64,000 bases of DNA from Paraspadella gotoi (GCA_051294375.1 CM119267.1:6596367-6660366), one strand, 5' to 3'. Numbered from the stretch's first letter, positions 35,354 to 48,600 are shown. Translations and numbers: made by a program. Notes: generated by a model not told the origin, from the letters alone.

Positions 35354-38020
35354 TCATGGTTTGCATACTGTAAAAGAAATATCAAAACGAAAGTGAGATC
35401 GTATTTAAAAGTTATTTAATCACTGGCAAACCTGGAATTTGACATAAAAACGGCTTATTGATATTGCAGTCCGCGTCATCCCATTTGCCCTGTTCTCTGT
35501 AATTGATTTGAAGACAATGCTGCCTGTCATCTCTAGAATCAGGTTCGCCCGGGAACCAATTTGTGAACGAAACAAGCTGTGGAGGAAAAGGTTTGGTTAA
35601 GGAAAAAAACTTTAAACGGATAAAAATAAATTGACCTGTCCCGAGGACCACCGCCAAGTTCCTTCGGAAACCATATCTGTAGCGCCGATCCACATCCGTG
35701 TATCAGCACTGACGAGATCGCGAACGCGCTGTTGGGTCAGCCTATCCGTGATCGTCGCTAAAGTTCCGAATTGAGCCTCACAGACAAGACGGGCCGAGTG
35801 CCAGTCAAGCGGCTCGTTGTGGACATCGTAATGCAGCTCGCATTTGGGTGGGATGTACGGCGGAGGGACAGGTGGCCTAGTCATGGTTCTCGTGGTGGTG
35901 TATCGACTGGTAGTTGTGGTGGTTGTGGTAGTTGTGGTAGTTGTGGTAGGTCGCGCAATACATTCGTCTGGAATCGGATCGCACATTCCAATCGGCGAAC
36001 AGCACTGGTTCTTTGAGTTCCATGATCGACCGGGCGGGCACGGGTGGCAGAGAACGCGTCCGCTCTTCTCACAGATCAAATAACCGTTGGAATTGTGAGG
36101 ATCGCAAATTGAAACCCTGTATGCTTGCCCTCTTGTAGCTACGGCGCAAACGCATTGTTGCAAAGGTGTAACGTTGCATGGAACGCAGCCAGGAGGCTTG
36201 GTAGTAGGCGGGGGAAGAGTCGGTATTGGCGTGGTTCTCCGACGGCAGGGGAGAGGCACAGGGCAAAAGGTGGGCTTGAAAGCGCAGGTTCGAAGATTAT
36301 TGTTCCAGAACATTCCGGGATCGCATGATTTAAGAAAAGCGCGATATTGACGGCATTCAATGTAACCGGATTTCAACAGGGGATCGCAATATTCGAAATT
36401 TATTTGGCCAGTGATCGCCGGCATATTGCGGCAGATACAATTGTGAAGGCGCTTAGGTGGCCGGGAAGTTGGTGGAAGGGTGGGCGGATAAGTGGGACGC
36501 GTCGTTGTCGAAGGCCAGGTCGTGGTGGAAGTGGTGGAACCCGAACATGCCGGAAATTCGAGACAACGTTTCGCCTGAACTCGTGAGGGCTTTAAGCAGG
36601 TCATCTTGAAGTCGCTCCACCAGAGCCCGGCAGGACAAGGTTGGCAAATCGGATCGGCAAAGAGGTTTGCGCGATTGCATACGAGGAAGTTGTTTGGTTT
36701 GCCAGGGAAGCACACAAGGTTATCTTGGTTCCGTGCTTGAGCGAGAAACTCGCGGCAAATGCATCGGTGCAACTCGGTGACAGGACAATCGATGCAACCG
36801 TGTTGGTTGCTCGAAGGACTTGGAGAAATAGGGTTAACGGGATTGCGGGGGAGCGGAGGAAATGTGTTCGGTAAGGAATAGACAGGTGGGCGAGTTGGAA
36901 GCTTCGGCGCGTCGCCGCATGGTGGTTGATAATTGCAAACTGGTCGGAAGTCGCAGCACTGGGTCTCATCGTTCCATCCCAATTGCTAAATTTAAAAATT
37001 TTAAACGCTTAAAGTCCGCTGATAAAAACTGAATGAAGTTAAATCTAAAATAACATTAATATCGTGACAAATGCAAGTTCATTTTAATTGATCTAACTTA
37101 CCTCGGGGCACTTGTGCCTGACGGCGCCAACTCCTCGGATGCATACAACGAAAGTATGGTGATTTTTAGGGTCGCAACGGTAAACGTGGTCTTTCACAGA
37201 ATTCCGCAATATTTCCTTGCAGGAACATTGTTGCTCAGCGGTTCCTTTGCAGGCCCTGTCCGGACAGTACGAGTATGGATCGCGTACTGAAAATAACATG
37301 TCAGAAACAATAAAGGTGGGAAATTTAAATTAAAAGCAAAAGGCACTCGCCTCGCATGTTCGCCGCAGAAACAATGTCTTCTGTAATGGGACAATCTGTG
37401 TCTTCTTCTTTGTCGACGCACTTTCGGCGTCGGTGGCTGAAGAACTTTTTACATTTTTCGTTTTTGGCCATCGCCGTGTTAGGGGGACATACGATGAAGC
37501 CATCCTTTCTTTCCGGATCGCAGATGAGATGGGCCGTCAGGTCTGGCGAGTTATCCTGGGTCTCGAGATAAGCGTCGCAGAGAATTTGCTCACGAGATCG
37601 CGTCCGGTTCAAAGAAGCGGCGCACGTGGAATACTCCTCGACGGCGACGCAAGCCTGATGCGAAGGATCAAATAAAATATACAAATTTAAGTTTCAGGTT
37701 TGGTCGATTTCGTTAAGACAAAGGAAACAATCAGCATGCGCGATTCTATTTACCCTGATTCTCTCATTGAAGTGATAGAGTGGACTTTCGCAAGCCATTT
37801 CTTCTGCGCGTATAACCCATATTTTGTCAGAATCGACCTTGGTTCTGACGGTGCACAGGATGTATTCGGTCGAGGAGTCGGGATGGCACAAGTAATGAGT
37901 TCCCGAGATGTAATCATATCTGGTATAATTATGATCAGCGCAATGTTGCCAGACGTCGAGGCAATCGCCGTGAAACGGCGCCAAAGTCATAAAAAAAATA
38001 AAAGGGACCAAACGCCACAT
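35354..38020 (-). CDS. Secreted protein: 6 variant chitin-binding modules, Pro/Thr linkers, C-type lectin domain (EPD)
   Basis: Six exons including the 456-aa ORF. Signal peptide MWRLVPFIFFMTLAPFHG; CPAGLWW, CDPGMFWN, CPPGRSWN; MWIGATD..EPDS..HC..WDDADC..FLCQ. One GC-AG intron. Confidence 0.85.
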
Positions 38021-38299
38021 TANNNNNNNNNNATAAACAAAATAAAAGGAACCAAACGCCACATTATTAAATATTACAGCCGACCTGAAAATCTAAATTT
38101 TTAACAAATTATATATTACATTGAAACTAAGTAAACTAAAGCAAACGGGTTAATAATTAATCTTACAAAAACGAATAATATTATTCACTTATCCCTTTGC
38201 AACAGTACAGTTTTATAATAAATAAAAGACCAGTTGAAATAAAGAAAAGGATGAGAAAGGGAAGCGTGGACTCATCTTCGCCGCGTCGACCCCATCTCC

Positions 38300-38345
38300 T
38301 CATCTTGATTGGTTGAAACTTTAAAGCCTGACCAATGCTCCTCCT
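38300..38345. promoter_or_regulatory. Candidate bidirectional promoter (opposed CCAAT boxes)
   Basis: ATTGG at 38308-38312 and CCAAT at 38332-38336, between divergent ATGs at 38020 (-) and 38725 (+). Confidence 0.35.
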
Positions 38346-38724
38346 CCTCTTCCTCCTCAGCGCTTCCATTAAGGACAAGTTAGATATCTCGATCCGAGCT
38401 CGGGATAGATAAGTTTTACGAAAGTCATAAGGCTGCAAGTTTAAACGTTTTACATTTCTTACAGACCCTTACTCTTTTCGAAACTTTTTTTTTCTTTTAA
38501 TCATAGGTAATTCATTGTTTTTGATCCATCTAATTTAACGCATTTTTAGCCGTCTTCGCGGTCCAGTTTAGCGAGCATTAATTTTTAAAAGATTTGTCGA
38601 GATGAATCGGCTTAGGGAAATCTGTTAAAAACCGTTCATGTCGTAAAAGCATGGAGTTTTTAAAAGGAATGGGGGGAAATTGCCCCTTTTTATGCAGCCT
38701 CATAAATTAACCCAACAAACTATT

Positions 38725-40352
38725 ATGAGTATTTGGATCTGGATTGCGTTATTTTTCTTTCTCGAATACTACGGTTCGTCCGAAGAGGGAGCAGCAGTTT
38801 TGCGGAAATCAGCAACGAGAAACAAAATTCGATCTGCGATTGAAAGCGCCGGGTCAGTTAGACCGAAATGTTTTAAGAAATTGTCTGAGAATAATATGCA
38901 AATAACTAGCAGTAATTAGCTTTAAGTATATTGGCTGTAATTGTTTATAATATCAAAATTTTAAGTGTCGACAAATAAACTTTAATGTATATAATCGAAA
39001 TATCGTTCCTAAAAGAGACTCGAAAACGAATATTCATCTCCATGGTTTTCTGCCTGGCGATGACGGGATTCTAACGATCGAGAAAAAAGCGAATGTCGAG
39101 GATGGCAACGGCAAATCTATCAACTTGGAGGAATGGCATCCATCACGAATGGCGGATGAGATCCCCGAATCGTCTTTGCTCGATTATGAAAGCGATCAGC
39201 GTCACCTGGGCGACATACACCTCAAGCTAGAAGCAAGGAGAAAACAGAGGCCGGGGAATTTAACGAGGGAGTTTGAGGACATCGGCGCCGATCTGCCGGC
39301 AAAACAAAACGAATCTGACGTGAGTAGAACTCGCATTCGAAAAGCAACCTAAGATGGTTATGTAAGCATTACTGCACGATTAAATAAATCGTAATTTACT
39401 ACTGATGGCAATACTGAGTCCTTTGTTACTAGAGCGGAGTTCCTTGGTGGATTATCCTTCTCCTCGTACTCATCGTTCTGGCTATCATCGCTTTGCTGTT
39501 GCTTTATTTTTGGCTTCGTAAGAAAAGAGAGGAAGGTAAGGGACGCAATCTATTCCTAGTTCGGGTGATATTTAGTTAGACAAGTAATCTTGCAATTTTT
39601 TTCAATTTTCGCTAATGTCTTAGAAATACCCCGGATAGTTATTACTGTTTCAGTAGAATTAATAATCCTTACCGAGTTCTAAATCGATTTAAAAATGAAG
39701 CTATTTCAAATCTCCTGAAGCACTTCACCGATTTCGTTACCAACTCAGAAAAAAAAGAACCAGAGCCAGTTCGCGTACACGGCCACGCCACCTACAGAAT
39801 CGTATCCCTCAACGACCCAAGAGTTAGAAATTGTCTCAGCGCCGGTAAGAAATTTAATTTTTATTTTTAAAAATGATTTGGGTTAATTTTACACGCGCGG
39901 ACCGGGGCTAGGCTTAATGGTAGTTTAAGAGGTAAAATTTTATTTTTTCCGACCGGGGTTTTAATTTTTTTAAAATATTTAAAAATATTTAATTACTTTT
40001 AAACCATTCTCAACCCGGCAAAAGTAAAATTTAGCCAGTTAAATTTTATTTTCGCCGACCGCGGTTATGGCGGGTTTTGAAAAACTATTTAAAAATACTT
40101 TTTATTTTTTTTTAAATATTACCAAATTACCTTAACCCTAAACCAGATGTAAGGACAGATGAAAGTAAGGAGATGGAAAAAGAATAAGTGAATTTGAAGT
40201 TGGCAAAAATTTTGCCTTTTTAATTTTTAGGATACATCGATGAAATCACTGAAATGCACGAGGAGGAAGAACTTAATGAACCTGTTGAACTACACGGGGT
40301 TCATTCTAGCGAGTTTCCAAGTCACAAAAAAGGACAATATCAAAGGAAATAA
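38725..40352 (+). CDS. Single-pass type I membrane protein, uncharacterised
   Basis: Signal peptide MSIWIWIALFFFL, acidic ectodomain exon, TM exon SGVPWWIILLLVLIVLAIIALLLLYFWLRKKREE, and two phase-1 cytoplasmic exons. Confidence 0.75.
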
Positions 40353-41136
40353 GGGCGATACTCCGTAGGAAACACTCGACAAATTCATTTGCGCCTGCTT
40401 ATACTTATTTACCTAATTATAAGTTTCAAGTGTACATTCTAAATCGTTCAAAATAAAACGGTGAAGATAGTCATTTCTTCTACTTTGAAAATACTTCAAA
40501 AATTATTACTTTCAGTCGAAGTATTTTCGACTCAGATATTCATGAAAATTTTCAAATTACTTGTTTCACTATTTTTTATTTTTTATTTTTATATTTTATG
40601 AAAGATTTACCTTTTAATCTATATTCTTTAAATATATATTGCTTTCTTAAAAATTTTTTACTTATCATTATATCTAATAACTCATTTTGGGAATGGGAAG
40701 TCAGTGTTGTCTTCTGGAAATAGAGGAAGCATCTACACAACACAAGGTTAGATTACAATCTGTCCTAGTTTTTTAATAGATATCACGTCATTCCTGTTAG
40801 AAAGTCATTAATGAAAAATCATAATATCTAATAGGCTGAACAGAAAGGGGTGGGAATGGATAATTTTTTGATGGGGGACCAAAGTTATATATGATTTTTT
40901 GTTTAAAAACTAATAGGGATATTCGGATAATATCATTTTGATTTGAAAAATTGAGAATCCGATAGCTCTGTTTAGTAACGTGATTCAATATTTTTTGTAT
41001 ATTTCTTTTTTTCATTTGTTTAATCATTATTATACGGAACGCCAATAATTATTTTTAAGTATTTTTTGTCATATTTTTAGTGACGAAAAAATCCCATTAT
41101 GAAATAAAAGATTTCCCCTTTTCAGTTTTCTTTAAA

Positions 41137-42827
41137 ATGGGTGAATCTATCCATTCGTTCGAATCCAGTCTCCGTTGGCATGAGCCGGTAAGAGTGGAGA
41201 ACTCCGAGTTGATGGTGGTTTTACCTGAAGTTCCCGAAGATGAGTTGCGTCACAACAAATTACCGGATATATCGTCCATTCTTCCTACAAGATCGCTTGA
41301 CACATCCGATGGGTCGACGCAAACGTTATACCCCAATAATTTCGCAGATCATTCTTTGGGCAAAGATGCCCACATGAATTTCAGCAATAGTTTCTCGCCT
41401 TCAACGTTACACCCAATCTTTCCACCCGTGTCTTTAGTAACATTGGTCGTTCCTGAAGAACAAGCGGTTACAAATAACTATGCTCATATACAGGAGCAAA
41501 ATATGTTTCTACCCAAAAGTTCATTATCTCAAATATCTTCTTGTGAGCTATCCCCTTGCGAGGTAATTTGGACTGAGGCCGACAGTGATCTAAAAATTAG
41601 GCCTAACTCGTGTGTACAATCACCATTGCCTTCCCATGTCTATTTTCCTGCTGATACCAATGAACAGCCACGTTTACCGCAAGGCGTGATGCCGAATTCA
41701 CAAAACGCACAGATTTTTTCACCGAAAGCCCGACTACATTCGACAAATGCACAAATACAGATGCACACAACTTTGCCAAATATCCAAACGCCTTCAAATG
41801 CGAAACTGGCATTTTCAAATATGCCAACTACTTTTCCTCATATACATCAACGATTGCCTCGGGTAATGCCAACTATTTTACCAAATACGAAACTCCCATT
41901 GTCAACTCATCAGCCAATTATGTCAAACGTACAGTCAGTTGTACGTCAGGAGATCAACTCATCAAATAATCTGTGCATATCTACGACACCTCAGCGGAAG
42001 GATAAACAAATCAAACGTCCGATGCTGAAAAGGCCGTTGAATTCCTTTTTGTTATGGCTACGGGACAATCGCCATCTACTGACAACGGACCCCATATTTG
42101 CATCAAAAACTCATGTTGAGCGTACCAGGTTGATATACAATTAAATTTTTAATGAAAAAACAATTGGCTTAAAGTATTAATCTAAAATTATTTTAATGTT
42201 AATTTTTATGTTAATGGAAATTGTGGATATATCAGAATGTGGAGCGTTGTCTGGAAAAAAATTCCGAGTGAAATGAAAAAACGTTACGAAGAAGAATCGA
42301 AGAGACGTAGGGAAGAGTTCAGTAGAAAATTGGATCGTATCAATCAGAAATATTGCAGGTGAGAATGTTTTTCTAGTTATTTTTTTAAAATAGTTTTGCC
42401 AATAAGTATAATAATAATAGTAATCAAAACATAACTAATTTTTAATTTATTATGAAGTAGCTGTTTCTTCAGAAGTAAGAATGCGCCACCTAATCGCCAC
42501 TTTTTACAATTCCTTTCAAGAAGTCGCTCATCCACGGGCGTCGGAATCATTGACATTACTTCGTCACCAGAACACGTCAGTACGCACGAAGAATCGTCTC
42601 GGGCCACCTCATCGGGAAATGTTAGCGAGCGACGACTGCTCAAACAGAAAGAGTCTATCCTACGGAGAATCTCAGTCATTCAGCGCGAACTCCGCAGAGA
42701 ACAGGGGGCTTTGCTTAGAGTGGAGGACCAGCTGCGTCAAGTAATCCTCGACGCGTCAACCACAAAAGGAACTGAACAGAAAACTCTTGGGATGGTCACC
42801 CCAACTGGACGACGTTTAGCTGATTAG
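41137..42827 (+). CDS. HMG-box protein (divergent) with long low-complexity N-terminus
   Basis: KRPLNSFLLWLRDNR...TR|MWSVVWKKIPSEMKKRYEEESKRRREEF across a phase-2 intron. The third exon has a short coiled coil. AATAAA at ~42896. Confidence 0.8.
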
Positions 42828-43221
42828 CTTCTATTTTAGTTATATGCCTAGATACTGTTTATTGCAAACAATGAAATTTAAATTATATATGTGCGAATAA
42901 AATTTTTAAGATTGTTTTGTGATTAAATTTACTACCTAGTTTAATCATACTCAATTAGTATTGCAGACTTGATTTGTTCAAAAGAGAAATGGAACAAATT
43001 AGAAGTAGGTGTGCCGCCCATTCACGAACGGTTTGAGACTTGCTCAATGTTTCATTAAAATATCCGTCAAAACTAATCGTCAAACTCTCAAGCCCGGGAC
43101 AAATTTATAGGAATGACCTTAGCACTGAGACTTAAGACTCTATTGCTTAAAAATTGGACGTTAAATTGGGTTAAACCGATTTCGTTCTAATCTGTGGGGG
43201 AAAAAAGGGGTTGGCGGGAAA

Positions 43222-44811
43222 ATGAATTGGGTGAATCAACTGCGATGGAGAAGAAAACCCCCATCCGAACTCCTTCCGTCACCCTACCTAATGAGGTATG
43301 GCAGTTTTATTGGAAGTAATTCCGTGTCATCCCATTCGTACATCTTTCTGTTGCAGCGGTAAGGGCGAGAGTCGAATCGTGCTGTATCCCTTTGATAAAG
43401 CTCCGCCGTACGTCACCAACAATTCTTATATACGTCACGGTTACAGAGCGGACCTTTCTATCAGTCTTTGCCTTCGGGTGCAGTTTGTTAAAAAAAACCT
43501 CGATAAGTGAAAGTGATGGCTATGAAGAAAAATAAATTGAATTTTAGTCAATATTCACTTGGAACAACGACACCTTTAGCATTTGGAGTCATTTGTTGGG
43601 ATTTTTTTACTTCATCTGGTTAATGTACAAGTTCAATTTTATCATCACTCCGACGATTCGTACGTAGAAAGCATGTATATTGTATAAGTTATTTACGATA
43701 TTGTTACTTAATTAGTTAATGTTACAAATAAATTTTGTAACTTAGGATTCTCATGAAAAGTTGGGCAGTTTACCTAATCGAGTAACGAATCTGTATCATT
43801 TGGAGTCAGAATTTTAAATAAGTGAACGATTAACTATTTTAATTTCCTTTGAAAGAGCGGGCGGACTTCGTCGATATTATAGTGGGCAACATATCACTTT
43901 TTACTTATCAAATTGCAATGGTGTTATCTGCGTTGTATCACTGTTTTTATTGTCAGAGGAAAGTAATTGTTTTCTAGGAACCTTTCTATGAATAATTACA
44001 ATTACCTTGCCCTAAAATTATCTCTACAGTGCGCAGTCTGCTGAAAAATGGTTGGGGCTTGACCTTTCTGGCATCACAGCAGCCACAACGGGTGGATATA
44101 TTTCTGGCATTAGTTTCGCCTTTCAGTGTTTTCCCTTCTGGCGAAATCTTTATATCGGATTAGCCGCCTCTATTTTAATTCTAACTTTGGTAGGAATTTT
44201 GTAAAATTATCTTCGATGTTTAATGTGCAAACTGATGTACAATTCAAAGTTTTAATAAATATTAGCGTACTAACTAAAATCAATTATGACCAAGGCTCTT
44301 CCTACAACATGCGATTCGTATCTAAAGCCAGAAGGAACTCCGGTCAGAGTAACCTTGCATATAATTTCCATATTATTTGGTATTCTTCCTCTTATTCACT
44401 TTGTCGTACTCTTAGGTTTGATGGGATTACAGTAAACAGTTTTAGAATATTCATTTAATTGAATTGATAACCATTATTTTTCAGGTTTCTCTCCATTGGT
44501 AATGAGCATGCTTTGGAAAGTTGTTCATCTATATTCTGCAATGGGAATTTCTTTTTCATTCTATATGTTGGAAATACCCGAAAGGTACTTTCTAGAAATG
44601 AACACTTGCTTATTTAATAAGCTCTACTAAGTAATTATTCAATGACAGATTCTTTCCCGGATACCTGGATTTTTTTGGCCAAAGCCATCATTGGTGGCAC
44701 ATTGGAATTTTTTACTCTCTTGCTTATTGGCACAATTGTTCCATTAAGTTCATGCAGGACAAAGAAGGATTTTATGGCCTCTACTGCTACACGCTGACGT
44801 TAGGTTTATGA
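43222..44811 (+). CDS. PAQR3: PAQR-family membrane protein, PAQR3-like
   Basis: Motifs NSYIRHGYR..C..SIF.WNNDTFSIWSH, SALYHCF.C, LDLSGI and IPERFFPGYLDFFGQSHHWWH over eight exons. Confidence 0.85.
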
Positions 44812-45648
44812 CTTTTTTTTGTTCTTTGATACAGTTTTTCGTAAGATTATAACACTAAAAAGCAACTACTGTATTAAGTAAACACTAAACAGTTTTGTCG
44901 CTGTTGGACCAGTGTTGGTGCGAAAAATCCAATAGAATCTTGACGGTCCAATCGGCAGCAGTAAAAAGTCTAAAGAGAAAAAATAAAACTATTGAAAATT
45001 ATGACGGGTAATATATTCTTAGGATTGTAACTAATTTTAAAAACCTAAACAAGCATGTTTTTGAAATAAAATCACCTTAAAATTTGATAAAAATTATTGG
45101 TCTCAATATAAAATGAAATAAAAATATATTCTGCGCCTTGTTTAGAACAAATTGGTTTGGCAACCAAGATCAATAAACTAAGAAAAATAAGAAAAAACAG
45201 CAGCATATTATAAGAAAAAACAACAGCATTTTATTTTCTAAAAAATTAATAAGTTTTCTATTGAAAGTTATTTTTTTTAGCTTGTTAGACATTCAGAGGT
45301 TTTATCCATAATGAAATTCAATTCAAATGTCATTTATGAAAGTGAAGTTTTCCAAACCAAATTTTACACACATTTGAATTTCACACTATAACTTTTCGAA
45401 TATTCGTAAAAAGGACGGAAAGAAAGGCGCATTGTCAGAACGGACTCTTCGTCCACAACATAAGTCGCAAAGAAAATCGTAAAATTAACACGTCATTTAA
45501 ATAAACACGAACTACGTTCTACTTCTAGGAGTTACATAAAAATTCCTGTTATAATTGATGTAGTTTTTACTTAGTAACTTCAAAAAGTTTACATAAACGA
45601 GTTTTTTCTCCTTGACAAATCCTTTCTTGCGAGAGACCGATTCAAATT

Positions 45649-48600
45649 TCAAGAGCTGTGCGACGTCGTGGGCGTGGAGATTGTGTCGCAGGGAGACGAA
45701 GCGGCGACGACAGTGGATTTCGGAGCTCCAGTGGCAGCGACGACGGCGTTTAGTTCCTAGAAATAAAAGGAGTAAAATAGAGAGAAATAAAAAATAAAAT
45801 GAAGCAGAAAGGGAAATGAATAATGAATAGCTTTAAGTTTAACAACTTCATTATCTTTCGTACCTGCATCAGGCTAAAAAGTCCATCGCAGTTTCTGATG
45901 GCGTCGTGGTGATTGGTCAGCGTGTCGCGGATGTTGTGAATCAATCCGTCCAGCAAAACAACTTCGTCGTCCGCCTTGCGCCAGTTATCTTCGAGAACCT
46001 GATCGGGGAGACACTCGTTTAAAGTCGAAAAAGTAACGATAAGCCAGTCTGGTTATTCCAACCTGCATGCGTCTCGTCAATTTTCCGTAGAGACGATCGT
46101 AGTGTTCCTTCACCGAAAATCGTTGTGAAATTAATTTCCAATATTCCTTCTTCAATCTCTTTGATTCGCTGAAGTAGGGATCGTCGGCTAAACTGGCTTC
46201 CGACTCCATCTCTAAAACAATAAGGCGATTTTTGATTAAGGGCTACTAAAGAGTAGTATTAAAGTAGTATTAAAACGTAATAAAATAACAACCCGTCAAA
46301 AATAAGAAATAAATCCCTTCATAAGCTTCGCTCCTTCCGATTGTTACCCTCTCTCGAAAACGAGACGTGGGATTCCCCTCGTCCTCGGCCTCGGGATAGC
46401 GCCAGTTCGAGTTCGAAAGCGCGATTCTGATCTTCTAAATCCTTCATCCGTTCTTCCTGCAAATAATATACTATCAATTCAAGGATAAATTTTTGTTTAC
46501 GTAAAAAATATCTTTTCAATTTAACCTGCTTTCTCATAGTCCTGGCGTACGTTTCGAGCTGACTTCTGGCAAGTTTGATTTGTTTTTGTGAATCTTTAAC
46601 TTCCTTGCGCAAAACGTCGAGCTCCTGCGCCTTTTCAATTTCTAGTCGCTTGGCCATTGTGTTGCCTAAAAGTTGAAATGAAGCCAGTTGGCAGATTTCA
46701 TTACTTTTTCAATAATAATTCTGTCCAAATAACTGCATGGAAAACAATTATCACCGTGAGTGTATTGCTCGTCGACGAGCTGGGCGTTGCTGGCGACGAG
46801 ATCGCTGATGGCGTCCTGGGATTCTTTTTTGTAAATCAACAACAAGGATTGGAATTCGACGAGGTCTTCGGAAAGGCGAGAGAGGAGGCGAACGAGGGAA
46901 GGACCCGAAGTAGGAATTCCTCCCTGCCGATTCATATTTACTTCATGTAATTACCATACATTGAATATTGAATAATAATATAATAATAAAGGATAAAATT
47001 TTCTACGACCTGATCTCGCGTTTCCACGTCGTCAGTTTTGACATCCTCCTCGCCGTCTTTCTCCGTTCCCTCCGACGGCGCAGCTGTAATTTAAAATTAA
47101 TTCACTAATGAAACACCGGTGTATGTAACGTAAGTAGAACAATCATTAAATTCAAAGCTTTTTTATAACAATAACGATTAACGAACCTTCACAACAAATT
47201 GGCGACGATTGACACGAGGGGTTTTTCAAAAGTTCCCGCTTTAAATCCGCAGCGACGGCAACCATCTCGCGGAGGATTTTATGAAGAACGTCCTCTTGAG
47301 AAACGGTTTGATTTTCGTTCGCTTTAGAGGTTTAATTTTTTAAATGGGGAAAGTTAGTCCTCCAAATTCTCAATCGTTAATAATCCCTATTAAATAACTC
47401 AATCGTATTAATAATACTCATTATTAAATTTACCAGCCGGTAAAGCGAGCATTTTTTCGTGGCTGCGTCGTTCCTCTTTTCTCTCACGCAAAACTTGTTC
47501 CATCTTTTCGATTTTTTCGATCGACTCCAAAGAATGACGCCGGGCCTTGCAGAGATTAAGAATTAAACAAAACATCGATATGAGATATGGGATTTTTTTA
47601 TGGGAATTAAAAAAAAAACTAATGTTGGATACATATAACTATATCTCTGGCCTATATCTGGCCTAAACTATTCAAATGGTGCATGATGCATGGTCTATGT
47701 AAAAATAAAATTCAGCACTGTATCCCACATTTATGTTTTTTTTAATTCCAACTACTCAGTGCATGCGATGACACTTAACTGATTTAGAATTATTATTATT
47801 ATTATTATTATTTAGAATTATCATTAAAATTATTATTATATCCTTATACTTTTTACCTTCGCTAACAAAGTTGACTTGATAATTTAGTCTAACTTCTTTA
47901 GTCCTTACCTGTTCCAAAAGTAGTTTCAACGTCTGATTTTCAGATGCCAGTTGATGCTTTTGAACTTGCTCGGCAGCAACTTGTTCGCCTAAGTTGTCAA
48001 TGTGGGACTCGGCTCCTAGAATGTTATGATATATCTTTGGTTAATCTTTGATATAATAATCGATGTTATAATATAATAATAGTTTCAATGTACGAAACAT
48101 GTGTAGACATTGGCGACCAACCTTGCAAAACGGACATGAGTCTCGCCTTATCGAAGTCAGCTTCGACGAGATTCACATTCTCGCTGATGGCTTTCAGTTC
48201 GCGTTGCGCCGTTTGTAACGCCGCTTCGAGATCGATTTTATCTTGTTCGACGACGCGTTTCTCGTCGTCGAGGAACTTGTAAACCTCCTGAAGAAAAAGC
48301 CAAGATGTAAGATAAACAAAGAACGCCCCCACAATTAGTCCTATCGTACCATGGGAAACGAACCTGAAATTCTGAGTCTTTTAATTCGTATTCTTGCTGA
48401 ATTTGTTTTTTCTCGAGATTAAGAGATACAATTTGTTCATCCTGAAAAGAAGGGAAACTAATTGAAAAAAATTTTTTTAAAGAATTGAGAAATATCCTCT
48501 GAAAGTAAACGGCACCTGCATCATCATGACGCGCTCGTATTTGGCGACCTCGTTGCGAAGATCCGCGTTTTCGAGGACGGTTCTCTCTTGTTCCACCTTC

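Noticed and set aside
31526-36874. Plus-strand poly-Val and other overlapping ORFs
   Set aside because: Antisense shadows of Thr/Pro-rich lectin exons.
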